Shown one piece after another: positions 20,094 to 29,575 of a stretch of 64,000 bases of DNA. The notes below the pieces were generated by a model, which had not been told where the DNA came from, searched no databases, and saw only the letters and a list, made by a program, of their open reading frames with translations. Origin of the DNA: Alphaproteobacteria bacterium (GTDB taxonomy: Bacteria > Pseudomonadota > Alphaproteobacteria > Caulobacterales > Caulobacteraceae); assembly GCA_025359785.1 (NCBI GenBank), contig JANYET010000002.1, positions 40,598 through 104,597 of the forward strand, written 5' to 3'. The number at the start of each line of letters is the position of its first letter. The stretch's first letter is position 1. The position numbers and the translations under genes were made by a program.

Positions 20094-21077
20094 ATGGCCA
20101 AGTCCCCGATTCGAGTGGCGGTTACCGGCGCGGCCGGCAACATCGGCTACGCGCTGCTGTTCCGCATCGCGTCGGGCCAGATGTTCGGCGCCGACCAGCC
20201 ACTGATCCTGCAGCTCCTGGAAATCCCGGTCGAAGGCCCGCAGAAGGCGCTGAAGGGCGTCGCCATGGAGCTTGACGACTGCGCCTTCCCGCTCCTGCAA
20301 TCCATGGTCCTGACCGGCGACGCCGACGTCGCCTTCAAGGATGTGAACTGGGCCCTGCTGGTCGGCTCCAAGCCGCGCGGTCCCGGCATGGAACGCGCCG
20401 ACCTGCTGAAGGACAACGGCAAGATCTTCATCGCCCAGGGCAAGTCCATCGACGCCGTGGCCGCCGACGACTGCCGCGTGGCCGTGGTGGGCAACCCCTG
20501 CAACACCAACGTGATGATCGCCGCCAGCCAGGCCAAGCGCCTGCCGAAGGATCGCTTCACCGCCATGGTGCGCCTGGACGAGAACCGCGGCCGCGCCCAG
20601 CTGGCGCAAAAGGCGGGCGTCGCGATCGACGCGGTCAGCGACCTGTTCATCTACGGCAACCACTCTCCGACGATGTTCGCCGACTTCACCCACGCCAAGA
20701 TCAACGGCAAGGACGCCGCGTCGGTGATCGGCGACGAAGCCTGGCTGAAGACCGACTTCCTGCCCGCGGTCGGCAAGCGCGGCGCGGCGATCATCGAGGC
20801 GCGCGGCGTCTCCTCGGCGGCCTCGGCGGCCAATGCGCTGGTTGACCACGTCCACGACCTGGTGACGCCGGGCAAGGTCCACTCCGTAGCCGTCGAAAGC
20901 CAAGGCCGCTATGGCTTCGCCGACGGGGTCTGGGCCGGCATGCCGGTGAAGACCACCGCCACCGGCTACGACGTCATCGACAGCTACGAGATGGACGACT
21001 TCGCCAAGTCGAAGATCGCGCTGACCAACGACGAACTGGTCGGCGAACGCGACACCGTCAAGGAAATGCTCGCCTAG
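20094..21077 (+). CDS. mdh: malate dehydrogenase (327-aa [19 protein letters not shown]-type)
   Basis: SD caggag precedes ATG 20094. Rossmann motif TGAAGNIG, length 327 aa. The upstream in-frame extension is rejected. Confidence 0.9.
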   Translation: MAKSPIRVAVTGAAGNIGYALLFRIASGQMFGADQPLILQLLEIPVEGPQKALKGVAMELDDCAFPLLQSMVLTGDADVAFKDVNWALLVGSKPRGPGMERADLLKDNGKIFIAQGKSIDAVAADDCRVAVVGNPCNTNVMIAASQAKRLPKDRFTAMVRLDENRGRAQLAQKAGVAIDAVSDLFIYGNHSPTMFADFTHAKINGKDAASVIGDEAWLKTDFLPAVGKRGAAIIEARGVSSAASAANALVDHVHDLVTPGKVHSVAVESQGRYGFADGVWAGMPVKTTATGYDVIDSYEMDDFAKSKIALTNDELVGERDTVKEMLA

Positions 21078-22324
21078 TCGTTGTCGCCATGCGCCTCGCG
21101 CGCCTGGCCGTTGAGCTCGGCGATGCGGGCCAGATAGACATCGTGCACCGCCCAGGGCGCCTCGCGCGCCGCTGAGGAGCGGGCCGAGAGCCAGCGCTGC
21201 TGCTGCTGGCGAAGCTGCGCGTCGGGGACGCCGGCGGCGCGCGCGCTCTGGTAGGCGCGGGCGAGCTGGCGGTCGGCCGCCCCCAGGCTCGGGTCGGCGC
21301 AGACCAGGGCCTCGCCGCGATCGCGGTTGGCGCAGTGCGGGGCCGAGACCTTCATCAGGCCCGAGGGCCGCTGCGGCGGCGTCGTGGGGGCTGCGTGGGC
21401 GCGGTAGGGCGGGGCTGTGACGCGCGGCGGCGGCTTGTGGGTCTTCAGGGAGGCCTGCTCGATGCGGGCCTCGTGGCGGCTCGCCCTGTGGTCGGGCTTG
21501 TGGCCGGGCTTGCGCTCGGTCTTGGCCAGCTCGACGTGCGCGGCGTGCGGCTTGCCCGCCCGGGATCGGGCGGCGGGCGGCAGGACCTTCTGGACGGCGC
21601 GGACCAGGCTCGCGAGACGCAGGCGTTTGCGTTGATCGTCGCGGGCCTCGGCACGGGCGATGGTCGTGGCCTCAGCGCGAGCCTCAGCGCGCGCCGCGGC
21701 ACGGCCCCTGGCCTCGGCCTTGGCCAGTTCCAGCTGGTGTTGGCGGGCCGCCTTGGCGAGGCGCAGGTGCTCGACCTTCTCCGCCTTCTCGGCCTTGGCG
21801 ATCCTGGCCGTCACGGCGAGTTGCGCTTTGTGGGCGGCCGCCTTCGCCGCCGCGACGCGAAAGCGGTCGATTGTCGGCGCCGGTCTGACGCTGGTTTTAA
21901 GAGCGGACTGAGGGGCGGGCCTCGCCTGGGTGAGCGGTTCGCCAGGAGCGGTGGCCAGCAGGGCCGCGGTGGCTGGCAGGGGCTGGGCGGTCCTGCCGGA
22001 CAGCACCTCGATCGGGGCGCCCAGCGGCGCGGGCCGGTCGTCGACCACGATCGCCAGCTGGTGCGCCCGCGCCACCGGCTTGACCTCGGCGGGCGCGGCG
22101 ACCGAGACTTGGCGCTCGCTCATGGCGGGCCGCGCCCAGATGCCCAGGCCAACGCCGAGAACGCAGGCCGCGGCGACGCCCACAAACAGCATGTGACGGG
22201 TGGCGAGCCCAGGCCGCGCCGCGCGCGGCGGCATGAAGACGCTGAAGTCGTCCAGCGAACCCCCAGGCGGCGAACGCCCTTGCGGAGACGCGCCGCGGTC
22301 TTCTGGTGTCTGGTCCGGTGTCAT
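21074..22324 (-). CDS. membrane-anchored protein with C-terminal DUF1311 (LprI-like) domain
   Basis: TM segment [20 protein letters not shown], a long Ala/Lys/Arg/Glu-rich region, and C-terminal [20 protein letters not shown]...QQRWLSARS typical of DUF1311. The start is uncertain. Its stop overlaps the mdh stop at CTAG. Confidence 0.6.
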   Translation of the reverse strand: MTPDQTPEDRGASPQGRSPPGGSLDDFSVFMPPRAARPGLATRHMLFVGVAAACVLGVGLGIWARPAMSERQVSVAAPAEVKPVARAHQLAIVVDDRPAPLGAPIEVLSGRTAQPLPATAALLATAPGEPLTQARPAPQSALKTSVRPAPTIDRFRVAAAKAAAHKAQLAVTARIAKAEKAEKVEHLRLAKAARQHQLELAKAEARGRAAARAEARAEATTIARAEARDDQRKRLRLASLVRAVQKVLPPAARSRAGKPHAAHVELAKTERKPGHKPDHRASRHEARIEQASLKTHKPPPRVTAPPYRAHAAPTTPPQRPSGLMKVSAPHCANRDRGEALVCADPSLGAADRQLARAYQSARAAGVPDAQLRQQQQRWLSARSSAAREAPWAVHDVYLARIAELNGQAREAHGDND

Positions 22325-22444
22325 CCGAGATCCTGCCCCTAAGCGGATCCCTCGACGCACGAAACGCTGGTCCGCCCGCCGCGCCCACGGCTAAGCTGAC
22401 ACCCCGTTCCGAACTCTCCCCTCAGCAGTAGAGCCTCAAAAGCC

Positions 22445-22990
22445 ATGTCCGCGCCAGCGCCAAGTCTTGAGACAGAACGCCTCATCCTGCGCGTGCCCGC
22501 CGCCGAGGATTTCGAGCCCTGGGCCGCCTTCGCCGCCGATGAGGACTGCATGCGCTACCTGGGCGGCGTGCAGGCTCGATCCGTCGCCTGGCGGGGCATC
22601 TGCACGGTCACCGGGTCCTGGTCGATTCGCGGCTTCGGGATGCTGTCGGTGATCGAAAAGGCCACCGGCCGCTGGGTCGGCCGCCTGGGTCCCTGGCAGC
22701 CGGAAGACTGGCCGGGCACGGAGGTCGGCTGGGGTCTGGCCCGCGAGGCGTGGGGCAAGGGCTATGCGACCGAGGGGGCCGTGGCCTGCATGGACTACGC
22801 CTTCGATATCCTGGGCTGGACCGAGGCGATCCACACCATCGAGCCGGCCAATGTGGGCTCGCAGGCGGTTGCCAGGCGCCTGGGTTCGACCCTGTGGGGG
22901 CCCGCCAAGATGCCGGCGCCTTACGAGGACACCGTCGTGGAAAGCTGGGGCCAGACCCGCGAACAGTGGCGGGACAGGCGAAAGGCCTAA
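22445..22990 (+). CDS. GNAT family N-acetyltransferase (RimJ/RimL-like)
   Basis: 181 aa. LETERLILR start and WGKGYATEGAVACMDYAF acetyl-CoA binding region. Confidence 0.8.
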   Translation: MSAPAPSLETERLILRVPAAEDFEPWAAFAADEDCMRYLGGVQARSVAWRGICTVTGSWSIRGFGMLSVIEKATGRWVGRLGPWQPEDWPGTEVGWGLAREAWGKGYATEGAVACMDYAFDILGWTEAIHTIEPANVGSQAVARRLGSTLWGPAKMPAPYEDTVVESWGQTREQWRDRRKA

Positions 22991-23760
22991 ATCCAGTTCC
23001 GCTCGCGCAGCAGCCGGGCGTAGGTGCGGCTCACCGGAACCTCGGCGCCGTCTTTCAGGGTCAGGGTCGCCCGTCCGTCGCCCCGGACCGCCTCGGTGAT
23101 GGCATCGCGCGCCACCCACCAGGAGCGGTGGACCTGGGCGCCTTCGATGCCGTCGAGCTCGGCGACCGCGTCGGCGAGCCGCATCAGGATCAGGTCCTGA
23201 CCCTTGGAGGTATGCAGGCGCAGGTAGTGATCCTCGGCCTCCACGGCCCAGATCTCCGCGCCGCGCAGCTTCAGCGGCAGGCGTTCCAGGAACTTGGGCG
23301 GCTGGGCCGAGGCTGTGGTCATGCCGCCCGTCTGGCGGTTCACCAGCACATTGACGCTGATCATCACCGCCGAAACCAGGATGACCGAGACCAGGAGGTC
23401 GGCCATGTCGGAGATGCGGGTGAACTGCGAGCCGCGGGCGAAGCCGGTGGCGACGCCGACCACCACAGAATAGGGGATCGCGATCGCCAGCGAGGTGAGC
23501 GGGATGCGCAACCAGAGCCGTCCGGCGCCGCGGCTGTCGGGCCCGAACACGTAGCCGGAGACGAAGGCGCCCCACAGCCACCCCAGGACCATCAGGCCCA
23601 GCCAGTAGGCGAACCGGGTCGGTGGCGCCAAAGCGCCCGATCCGAAGGCTCCGGCATAGGCCATGAAGCCTGCGCCCACGACGGCCACGCCGAGCCCACG
23701 CAACCACTCCGCCACGCTCTCGTAGGGGCTCCAGCGCAGGCGCTTCGGCGATGACGCCAT
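22987..23760 (-). CDS. membrane-anchored LytTR DNA-binding domain protein (no receiver domain)
   Basis: Start trimmed to MASSPKRLRWSPYE. About four TM segments, then LytTR core AVEAEDHYLRLHTSKGQDLILMRLADAVAEL...QVHRSWWVARDAI. Confidence 0.75.
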   Translation of the reverse strand: MASSPKRLRWSPYESVAEWLRGLGVAVVGAGFMAYAGAFGSGALAPPTRFAYWLGLMVLGWLWGAFVSGYVFGPDSRGAGRLWLRIPLTSLAIAIPYSVVVGVATGFARGSQFTRISDMADLLVSVILVSAVMISVNVLVNRQTGGMTTASAQPPKFLERLPLKLRGAEIWAVEAEDHYLRLHTSKGQDLILMRLADAVAELDGIEGAQVHRSWWVARDAITEAVRGDGRATLTLKDGAEVPVSRTYARLLRERNWI

Positions 23761-23832
23761 CGGTGGCGGACTCCAGGGCGCGTCTCTCGGACGCCGGGAT
23801 AGCCGATGTCGGCGTTTTCGCAAACGACCGCT

Positions 23833-23863
23833 AATCTGCCTTCGGCCTCCAATCTGGCTTCGG
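23833..23863. promoter_or_regulatory. direct repeat aatctgScttcgg x2 (18-bp period) in divergent intergenic region
   Basis: aatctgccttcgg (23833-23845) and aatctggcttcgg (23851-23863), 12 of 13 identical. Lies between the LytTR gene start (23760) and the synthase start (23937). Confidence 0.3.
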
Positions 23864-23936
23864 ACCCCCACCTAGCTTCAGCCACTCTGGCGGGGCATAA
23901 CGGGTCTCGATTCACCAAGGCGCCGCCCGCTTCCGA

Positions 23937-26900
23937 ATGGCCGACCTCGTTTTCCACGACCCGACCGGACGCCGGGCCCGGCGCGTGCGCTTCCTGGGCG
24001 GTCTGGTGGCGTCGTTCATCGCCCTGATCGTCGCCGCCTTTTTCGCCACCCTGGCGTTTGCGCCGCGCCTGCCGACCCTGACGCTGAAGGACCCCTCGGC
24101 GCTGTCGGCGCTGCACGTCGAGACCGCGCGCAAGCTGAAGGGCCGTAACCAGTGGAACCGCATTCCGCGCCCGCGCACGGCGGCGGCGGCCGGTGGGCCG
24201 GCGCGGCCGCTGGCGATCGGATTCTACGTCTCGTGGGACGAAAGCTCGCGCCAGTCGCTGGCCGACCACATCGACCAGCTGGACGTGGTCTCGCCGCAGT
24301 GGATCTCGCTGGCGTCGGCGACCGGCGACCTGTCGATCACCTCGGACCCCCAGGCCCGCGCGATCATCGCGGCGGCCAAGAAGCCGCCATCGATCCTGCC
24401 GGGTATCTTCAACTACGACACCGCCGGCCACGCCTGGAACGGGCCGATGGCCAGCGCGCTGCTGCTGAATTCCAGGGCGCGGCTGGGGCTGATCAACAAC
24501 CTGGTCGGCCAGGCGCAGAAGCGCGGCTACGCGGGCTATGTCTTCGACTTCGAGGATCTGTCGCCGGCGGCGGCCCGGGCCTATCCCGCCTTCATCGCCC
24601 AGGCCCGCTCGGCCCTGAAGCCGCTCGGCCGCGAAGTCTGGGTGACGACGCCGTTCGCCGATGACGACTTCCCGATCAAGAAGCTGCAGGACGCCGCCGA
24701 CGCGGTGGTGCTGATGGCCTATGACCAGCATTGGGGCGGCGGCGAGCCGGGCCCGGCGGCGGCGCAGGACTGGTTCGAGACGACGCTGGCCAGGCGGATG
24801 GCGACCCTGGACCCGGCCAAGACTGTGCTGGCCCTGGGCGCCTACGGCTACGACTGGGTGCTGCCCGGCCAGAAGATCAAGCCGGCGGCCGGCGCGGCCT
24901 GCATGCCGGCCTGCGCCATCCTGTTCAACGAGGCGACCCAGCGGGCCCATGACGCCGGCGCCCAGGTCGAGATGGATGAGAATTCGCTGAACCCGACCTT
25001 CGGCTACCAGGACGACCAGGGCCTGAAGCACGTGGTCTGGTTCCTGGATGCGCCGACCCTGTTCAACCAGATCAAGGTGGCCGACGGCTTCCGGCCGCTG
25101 GGCTACGCGCTCTGGCGGATGGGCGGCGAAGACGGGCTGGACTACCAGGTGCTGCGGCACGAATACGGCCAGGGCAAACCCGAGGGGCTCGACATGCTGA
25201 AGCCCGGCGTCGATGTCGATTTCGACGGCGCCGGCGAGGTGCTGCATGTGGAGTCGGTGCCGACGCCCGGCCGCCGGTCCCTGGAGATCGATTCGGATAC
25301 CGGCCTGATTTCGGGCGAGAACTATGAGGTGATGCCGACCTCCTACGTCATCCAGCGCTATGGCTTCCACCCGGGCAAGGTGGCGATCACCTTCGACGAT
25401 GGGCCGGACGGTCGCTGGACGCCGAAGATCCTCGACATCCTCAAGCAGAAGAACGCCAAGGCGACCTTCTTCGTGATCGGCAAGAACATGGCCGCCAAGC
25501 CCGGCCTGGTGGCCCGCGAGGTGCGCGAGGGCCACGACGTCGGCAACCACACCTGGACCCATCCGGACATCGCCTTTGCGCCGGCCGCCCAGACGGCGGT
25601 GGAGCTGTCGGCCACCCAGCGGCTGTTCGAGACCATCACCGGGCGGTCGATGCGGTTGTTCCGGCCGCCGTTCTTCGGCGACGCCGAGCCGTCGACGCCG
25701 ATCGAGGTCTCCCGCGTCATGGTGGGCCAGGCGCAGGGCTATCTGACCGTGGGCCTGCGGATCGACCCCGACGACTGGGACCATCCGGACGCCACGACGC
25801 CCAAGCGGATCATCGACGTGGCGCTGACCCGGCTGAAGGACACCAACCGGCCGGGCCAGGTGATCCTGCTGCACGATTCGGGCGGCGACCGCAGCCGGAC
25901 GGTGGAGGCTCTGCCCGGACTGATCGATGCGCTGCGGGCCAACGGCTACCAGCTGGTGACCATCGGCGACCTGGCCGGCATGACCAATGCGGAGGTTATG
26001 CCGCCCACCAGCCGCAACTCCGTGGAGCTGCTGCTCGACCGGATGGGCTTCGGCTTCTTCCACGGCATGCAGATCGCGCTGCGGACTCTGTTCATCGTGG
26101 CCATCGTGCTGGGTGTGGCGCGGCTGCTGGTGCTGGGGGTTCTGGCGCTGGTCCACCGGTTCACGATCACCCGCCGCACGCCGCCGATGCCCGACCCGGT
26201 GACCGGGCCGCTGATCAGCGTGCTGATCCCCTGCTTCAACGAGGAGAAGGTGATCGAAAGCTCGATCCGCCGGATCCTGGCGTCCAACTGGTCGCGGATC
26301 GAGGTGCTGGTGCTGGACGACGGCTCGTCCGACCACACCGCCCAGGTGGTCCGCGACGCCTTCGCGGGCGAGCCGCGCGTGACCTTGATGAGCTTCGAAA
26401 ACGGCGGCAAGGCGCGCGCCCTGAACCGCGGTCTCGCCAAGGCCGGCGGCGATGTGATCGTGGCGCTCGACGCCGACACCCTGTTCCCGTCCGACACCCT
26501 GGCCAAGCTCGCCCGCTGGTTCGGCGACGCCCGCGTCGGCGCGGTGGCCGGCAACGCCCTGGTCGGCAACCGCCGCAACCTGATCACCCGCTGGCAGGCG
26601 CTGGAATATGTCACCGCCCAGAACCTGGAGCGTCGGGCCCTGGCGGCGCTGGGCGCGGTCACGGTGGTGCCGGGCGCGGTGGGGGCCTGGCGCCGGGCCG
26701 CGCTGGAGGAGCTGGGCGGCTATCCGGACGACACCCTGGCCGAAGACCAGGATCTGACCATCGCCATGCAACGGGCCGGCTGGCGCGTGGAGTTCGACCC
26801 CGAGGCGCGCGCCTACACCGAGGCGCCGGAGACCGTGAGCGGTCTCTTGAAACAGCGGTTCCGCTGGTCGTTCGGCACCCTGCAATGCATCTACAAGCAC

Positions 26901-27329
26901 CGCGCGGCGCTGTTCAGTCCCAAGCGGCCGGTGCTGGGCTTCATCGCCCTGCCGCAGATCTGGCTGTTCCAGATCCTGCTGACGGCGGTGGCGCCGCTGA
27001 TCGACCTGGCGGTGATCTGGAGCCTGATTTCGGCGATCTACGGCTTTACCAATCACTCGACGGAGTGGTCGCCGGACGACCTGACGCGGCCGCTGTTCTA
27101 CTGGGCGGCGTTCATCTTCCTGGACCTCTCGGCCGGAGCCCTCGGCATGGCCCTGGAGCGGCGTGCGCCCTGGGCCGACCTGGTCTGGTTGCCGATCCAG
27201 CGCTTCGGCTATCGCCAGCTGATGTACTATGTGGTGGTCAAGTCGATCGACGCGGCCCTGCACGGCGCGCGCGTCGGTTGGGGCAAGCTGGAACGCAGGG
27301 CGTCGGCCGGCTTCGAAGGGGCCGGGTAG
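23937..27329 (+). CDS. fused GH18-like / CE4 polysaccharide deacetylase / family-2 glycosyltransferase membrane protein
   Basis: 1130 aa. The N-terminal TM segment spans about aa 20-42. The GH18-like region (aa ~91-400, nt ~24207-25136) carries YVFDFED, LMAYDQHW and GAYGYDW. The CE4 NodB region (aa ~478-680, nt ~25368-25976) carries TFDDGP, NHTWTHP, RLFRPPF and LLHDSG. A TM region follows at aa ~703-740. The GT2 region (aa ~758-985, nt ~26208-26891) carries DDGSSD, DADT, EDQDLT and QRFRWSFG. C-terminal TM segments complete the protein. Confidence 0.85.
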   Translation: MADLVFHDPTGRRARRVRFLGGLVASFIALIVAAFFATLAFAPRLPTLTLKDPSALSALHVETARKLKGRNQWNRIPRPRTAAAAGGPARPLAIGFYVSWDESSRQSLADHIDQLDVVSPQWISLASATGDLSITSDPQARAIIAAAKKPPSILPGIFNYDTAGHAWNGPMASALLLNSRARLGLINNLVGQAQKRGYAGYVFDFEDLSPAAARAYPAFIAQARSALKPLGREVWVTTPFADDDFPIKKLQDAADAVVLMAYDQHWGGGEPGPAAAQDWFETTLARRMATLDPAKTVLALGAYGYDWVLPGQKIKPAAGAACMPACAILFNEATQRAHDAGAQVEMDENSLNPTFGYQDDQGLKHVVWFLDAPTLFNQIKVADGFRPLGYALWRMGGEDGLDYQVLRHEYGQGKPEGLDMLKPGVDVDFDGAGEVLHVESVPTPGRRSLEIDSDTGLISGENYEVMPTSYVIQRYGFHPGKVAITFDDGPDGRWTPKILDILKQKNAKATFFVIGKNMAAKPGLVAREVREGHDVGNHTWTHPDIAFAPAAQTAVELSATQRLFETITGRSMRLFRPPFFGDAEPSTPIEVSRVMVGQAQGYLTVGLRIDPDDWDHPDATTPKRIIDVALTRLKDTNRPGQVILLHDSGGDRSRTVEALPGLIDALRANGYQLVTIGDLAGMTNAEVMPPTSRNSVELLLDRMGFGFFHGMQIALRTLFIVAIVLGVARLLVLGVLALVHRFTITRRTPPMPDPVTGPLISVLIPCFNEEKVIESSIRRILASNWSRIEVLVLDDGSSDHTAQVVRDAFAGEPRVTLMSFENGGKARALNRGLAKAGGDVIVALDADTLFPSDTLAKLARWFGDARVGAVAGNALVGNRRNLITRWQALEYVTAQNLERRALAALGAVTVVPGAVGAWRRAALEELGGYPDDTLAEDQDLTIAMQRAGWRVEFDPEARAYTEAPETVSGLLKQRFRWSFGTLQCIYKHRAALFSPKRPVLGFIALPQIWLFQILLTAVAPLIDLAVIWSLISAIYGFTNHSTEWSPDDLTRPLFYWAAFIFLDLSAGALGMALERRAPWADLVWLPIQRFGYRQLMYYVVVKSIDAALHGARVGWGKLERRASAGFEGAG

Positions 27330-27406
27330 CTGTTGTCAGGTCCCGGCGCGGCGCCCTATAAGCGCGCGCACTCGCTGAGCCGGCGAGATGACAAATCCCG
27401 AGCCTC

Positions 27407-28606
27407 ATGAACATCCACGAACACCAAGCCAAAGCCGTCCTCGCCGAATTCGGCGTGGCGGTCCCCCGGGGCTTTGCGGCCTTCACCGTCGATGAGGCCG
27501 TCGATGCGGCCCAGAAGCTGGGGGGTCCGGTCTTCGTCGTGAAATCGCAGATCCACGCCGGCGGGCGCGGCAAGGGGCGGTTCGAGGGCCTGGGCCCCGA
27601 CGCCAAAGGCGGCGTCCGGGTCGTCAAGTCGGTCGAGGACGTCCGCACCAACGCCGCCGAGATGCTGGGCCGCGTCCTGGTGACCCACCAGACGGGGCCG
27701 AAGGGCAAGCAGGTCAACCGGCTCTACATCGAGGAAGGCGCTGCGATCGCCCGCGAGCTCTACCTGTCCCTGCTGGTCGACCGTGAAACGAGCCGGGTCT
27801 CGGTGGTCGCCTCCACCGAAGGCGGCATGGATATCGAGGCGGTCGCGCATTCGACGCCGGAAAAGATCATCACCTTCTCCATCGACCCGGTGACCGGCGT
27901 GCGCGGTTTCCACGGCCTGAAGCTCGCCGAGGCGCTCGGCCTGAGCGGCGACCTGTCCAAACAGGCCGGCAAGCTGATCGGCCAGCTCTACGAAGCCTTC
28001 GTCGCCAAGGACATGGCGATGCTGGAGGTCAACCCGCTGATCGTCACGGAAGACGCCCAGTTGCGCGTCCTCGACGCCAAGGTCTCGTTCGACGACAACG
28101 CGCTGTTCCGCCACCCGGACATCAAGACCCTGCGTGACGAGAGCGAGGAAGACCCCAAGGAGATCGAGGCCTCGAAGTACGACCTCTCCTACATCGCGCT
28201 GGACGGCGAGATCGGCTGCATGGTCAACGGCGCGGGCCTGGCCATGGCGACCATGGACATCATCAAGCTCTACGGCGCCGAGCCCGCCAACTTCCTCGAC
28301 GTGGGCGGCGGCGCCGACGAGGCGAAGGTCACCGCAGCCTTCAAGATCATCATCTCCGACCCCAACGTGAAGGGCATATTGGTCAATATCTTCGGCGGCA
28401 TCGCGCGGTGCGATATCCTGGCCCAGGGCGTGGTCGCCGCGGTGAAGCAGGTGGGCCTGAACGTCCCCCTGGTGGTCCGCCTGGAAGGCACCAACGCCGA
28501 GCTCGGCAAGAAGATCATCAACGAGAGCGGCCTGAACGTCATCGCCGCCAACGACCTCTCCGATGGCGCGGAGAAAATCGTCAAGGCCGTGCGGGGCGCT
28601 GCTTAA
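27407..28606 (+). CDS. sucC: succinate--CoA ligase (ADP-forming) beta subunit
   Basis: [17 protein letters not shown] start, ATP-grasp domain, 399 aa. Confidence 0.95.
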   Translation: MNIHEHQAKAVLAEFGVAVPRGFAAFTVDEAVDAAQKLGGPVFVVKSQIHAGGRGKGRFEGLGPDAKGGVRVVKSVEDVRTNAAEMLGRVLVTHQTGPKGKQVNRLYIEEGAAIARELYLSLLVDRETSRVSVVASTEGGMDIEAVAHSTPEKIITFSIDPVTGVRGFHGLKLAEALGLSGDLSKQAGKLIGQLYEAFVAKDMAMLEVNPLIVTEDAQLRVLDAKVSFDDNALFRHPDIKTLRDESEEDPKEIEASKYDLSYIALDGEIGCMVNGAGLAMATMDIIKLYGAEPANFLDVGGGADEAKVTAAFKIIISDPNVKGILVNIFGGIARCDILAQGVVAAVKQVGLNVPLVVRLEGTNAELGKKIINESGLNVIAANDLSDGAEKIVKAVRGAA

Positions 28607-28609
28607 CTC

Positions 28610-29488
28610 ATGTCGATCCTGATCAACAAAGACACCCGGGTGATCTGCCAGGGCTTCACGGGCGCGCAGGGCACCTTCCATTCCGAACAGGCCATCGCCT
28701 ACGGGACCAAGATGGTCGGCGGGGTGACGCCGGGCAAGGGCGGGACCACCCACATCGGCCTGCCGGTGTTCAACACCGTCGCCGAGATCGTGCGCCATGA
28801 GCGGATCGACGCCTCGGCGATCTATGTCCCGCCGGCCTTCGCCGCGGACTCGATCCTGGAGGCCATCGACGCGGAGATTCCGCTGATCATCTGCATCACC
28901 GAGGGCATTCCGGTGTCCGACATGGTCAAGGTGCGACGCGCCCTGGACGGCTCGAAATCCAGGCTGATCGGGCCCAATTGCCCCGGCGTGCTGACCCCCG
29001 GTGAATGCAAAATAGGCATCATGCCGGGAAACATCTTCCGCAAGGGCTCGGTAGGCGTTGTCTCGCGCTCGGGCACCCTTACCTATGAGGCCGTGTTCCA
29101 GACCACTCAGGTAGGCCTCGGCCAGACGACGGCCGTGGGCATCGGCGGAGACCCGGTGAAGGGCACCGAGTTCATCGCCATGCTCGACCTGTTCCTGAAG
29201 GACCCCGAGACCGAGTCGATCATCATGATCGGCGAGATCGGCGGGTCGGGCGAGGAAGACGCGGCTGAGTTCATTAAAAATTCAGCAACCAAGAAGCCTA
29301 TGGTGGGCTTCATCGCGGGACGCACCGCGCCGCCCGGGCGGCGCATGGGTCACGCGGGCGCGATCATCTCTGGCGGTAAAGGCGGAGCCGAGGACAAGAT
29401 CGCCGCGATGGAAGCCGCGGGCATCCGCGTCTCCCCGTCGCCGGCGAAGCTCGGTGAAACCCTCCTTGAGGTCCTCAAGGGCGCCTGA
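28610..29488 (+). CDS. sucD: succinate--CoA ligase alpha subunit
   Basis: [18 protein letters not shown] start. Phosphohistidine loop [13 protein letters not shown]. Confidence 0.95.
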   Translation: MSILINKDTRVICQGFTGAQGTFHSEQAIAYGTKMVGGVTPGKGGTTHIGLPVFNTVAEIVRHERIDASAIYVPPAFAADSILEAIDAEIPLIICITEGIPVSDMVKVRRALDGSKSRLIGPNCPGVLTPGECKIGIMPGNIFRKGSVGVVSRSGTLTYEAVFQTTQVGLGQTTAVGIGGDPVKGTEFIAMLDLFLKDPETESIIMIGEIGGSGEEDAAEFIKNSATKKPMVGFIAGRTAPPGRRMGHAGAIISGGKGGAEDKIAAMEAAGIRVSPSPAKLGETLLEVLKGA

Positions 29489-29575
29489 GCAGGGCAATTT
29501 AAGCGTTAGAGCGGTCCGCGCTCGGCTCCTTTTGTTGAGAAGCTCCGCGGTCCCGCCTCTGGGAAAGCGGACGAG

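Noticed and set aside
23592-27263. 1223-aa minus-strand ORF opposite the GH18/CE4/GT2 gene
   Set aside because: It is a shadow frame of a gene with clear catalytic motifs on the plus strand. Its composition is biased (R/G/A/P/H/Q) and it has no domain signatures.
29509-29540. Terminator or attenuator between sucD and sucA (GAGCG-gtccg-CGCTC then ggctccttttgttg)
   Set aside because: The stem is only 5 bp and the U-run is interrupted. This is too weak to call without transcript data.
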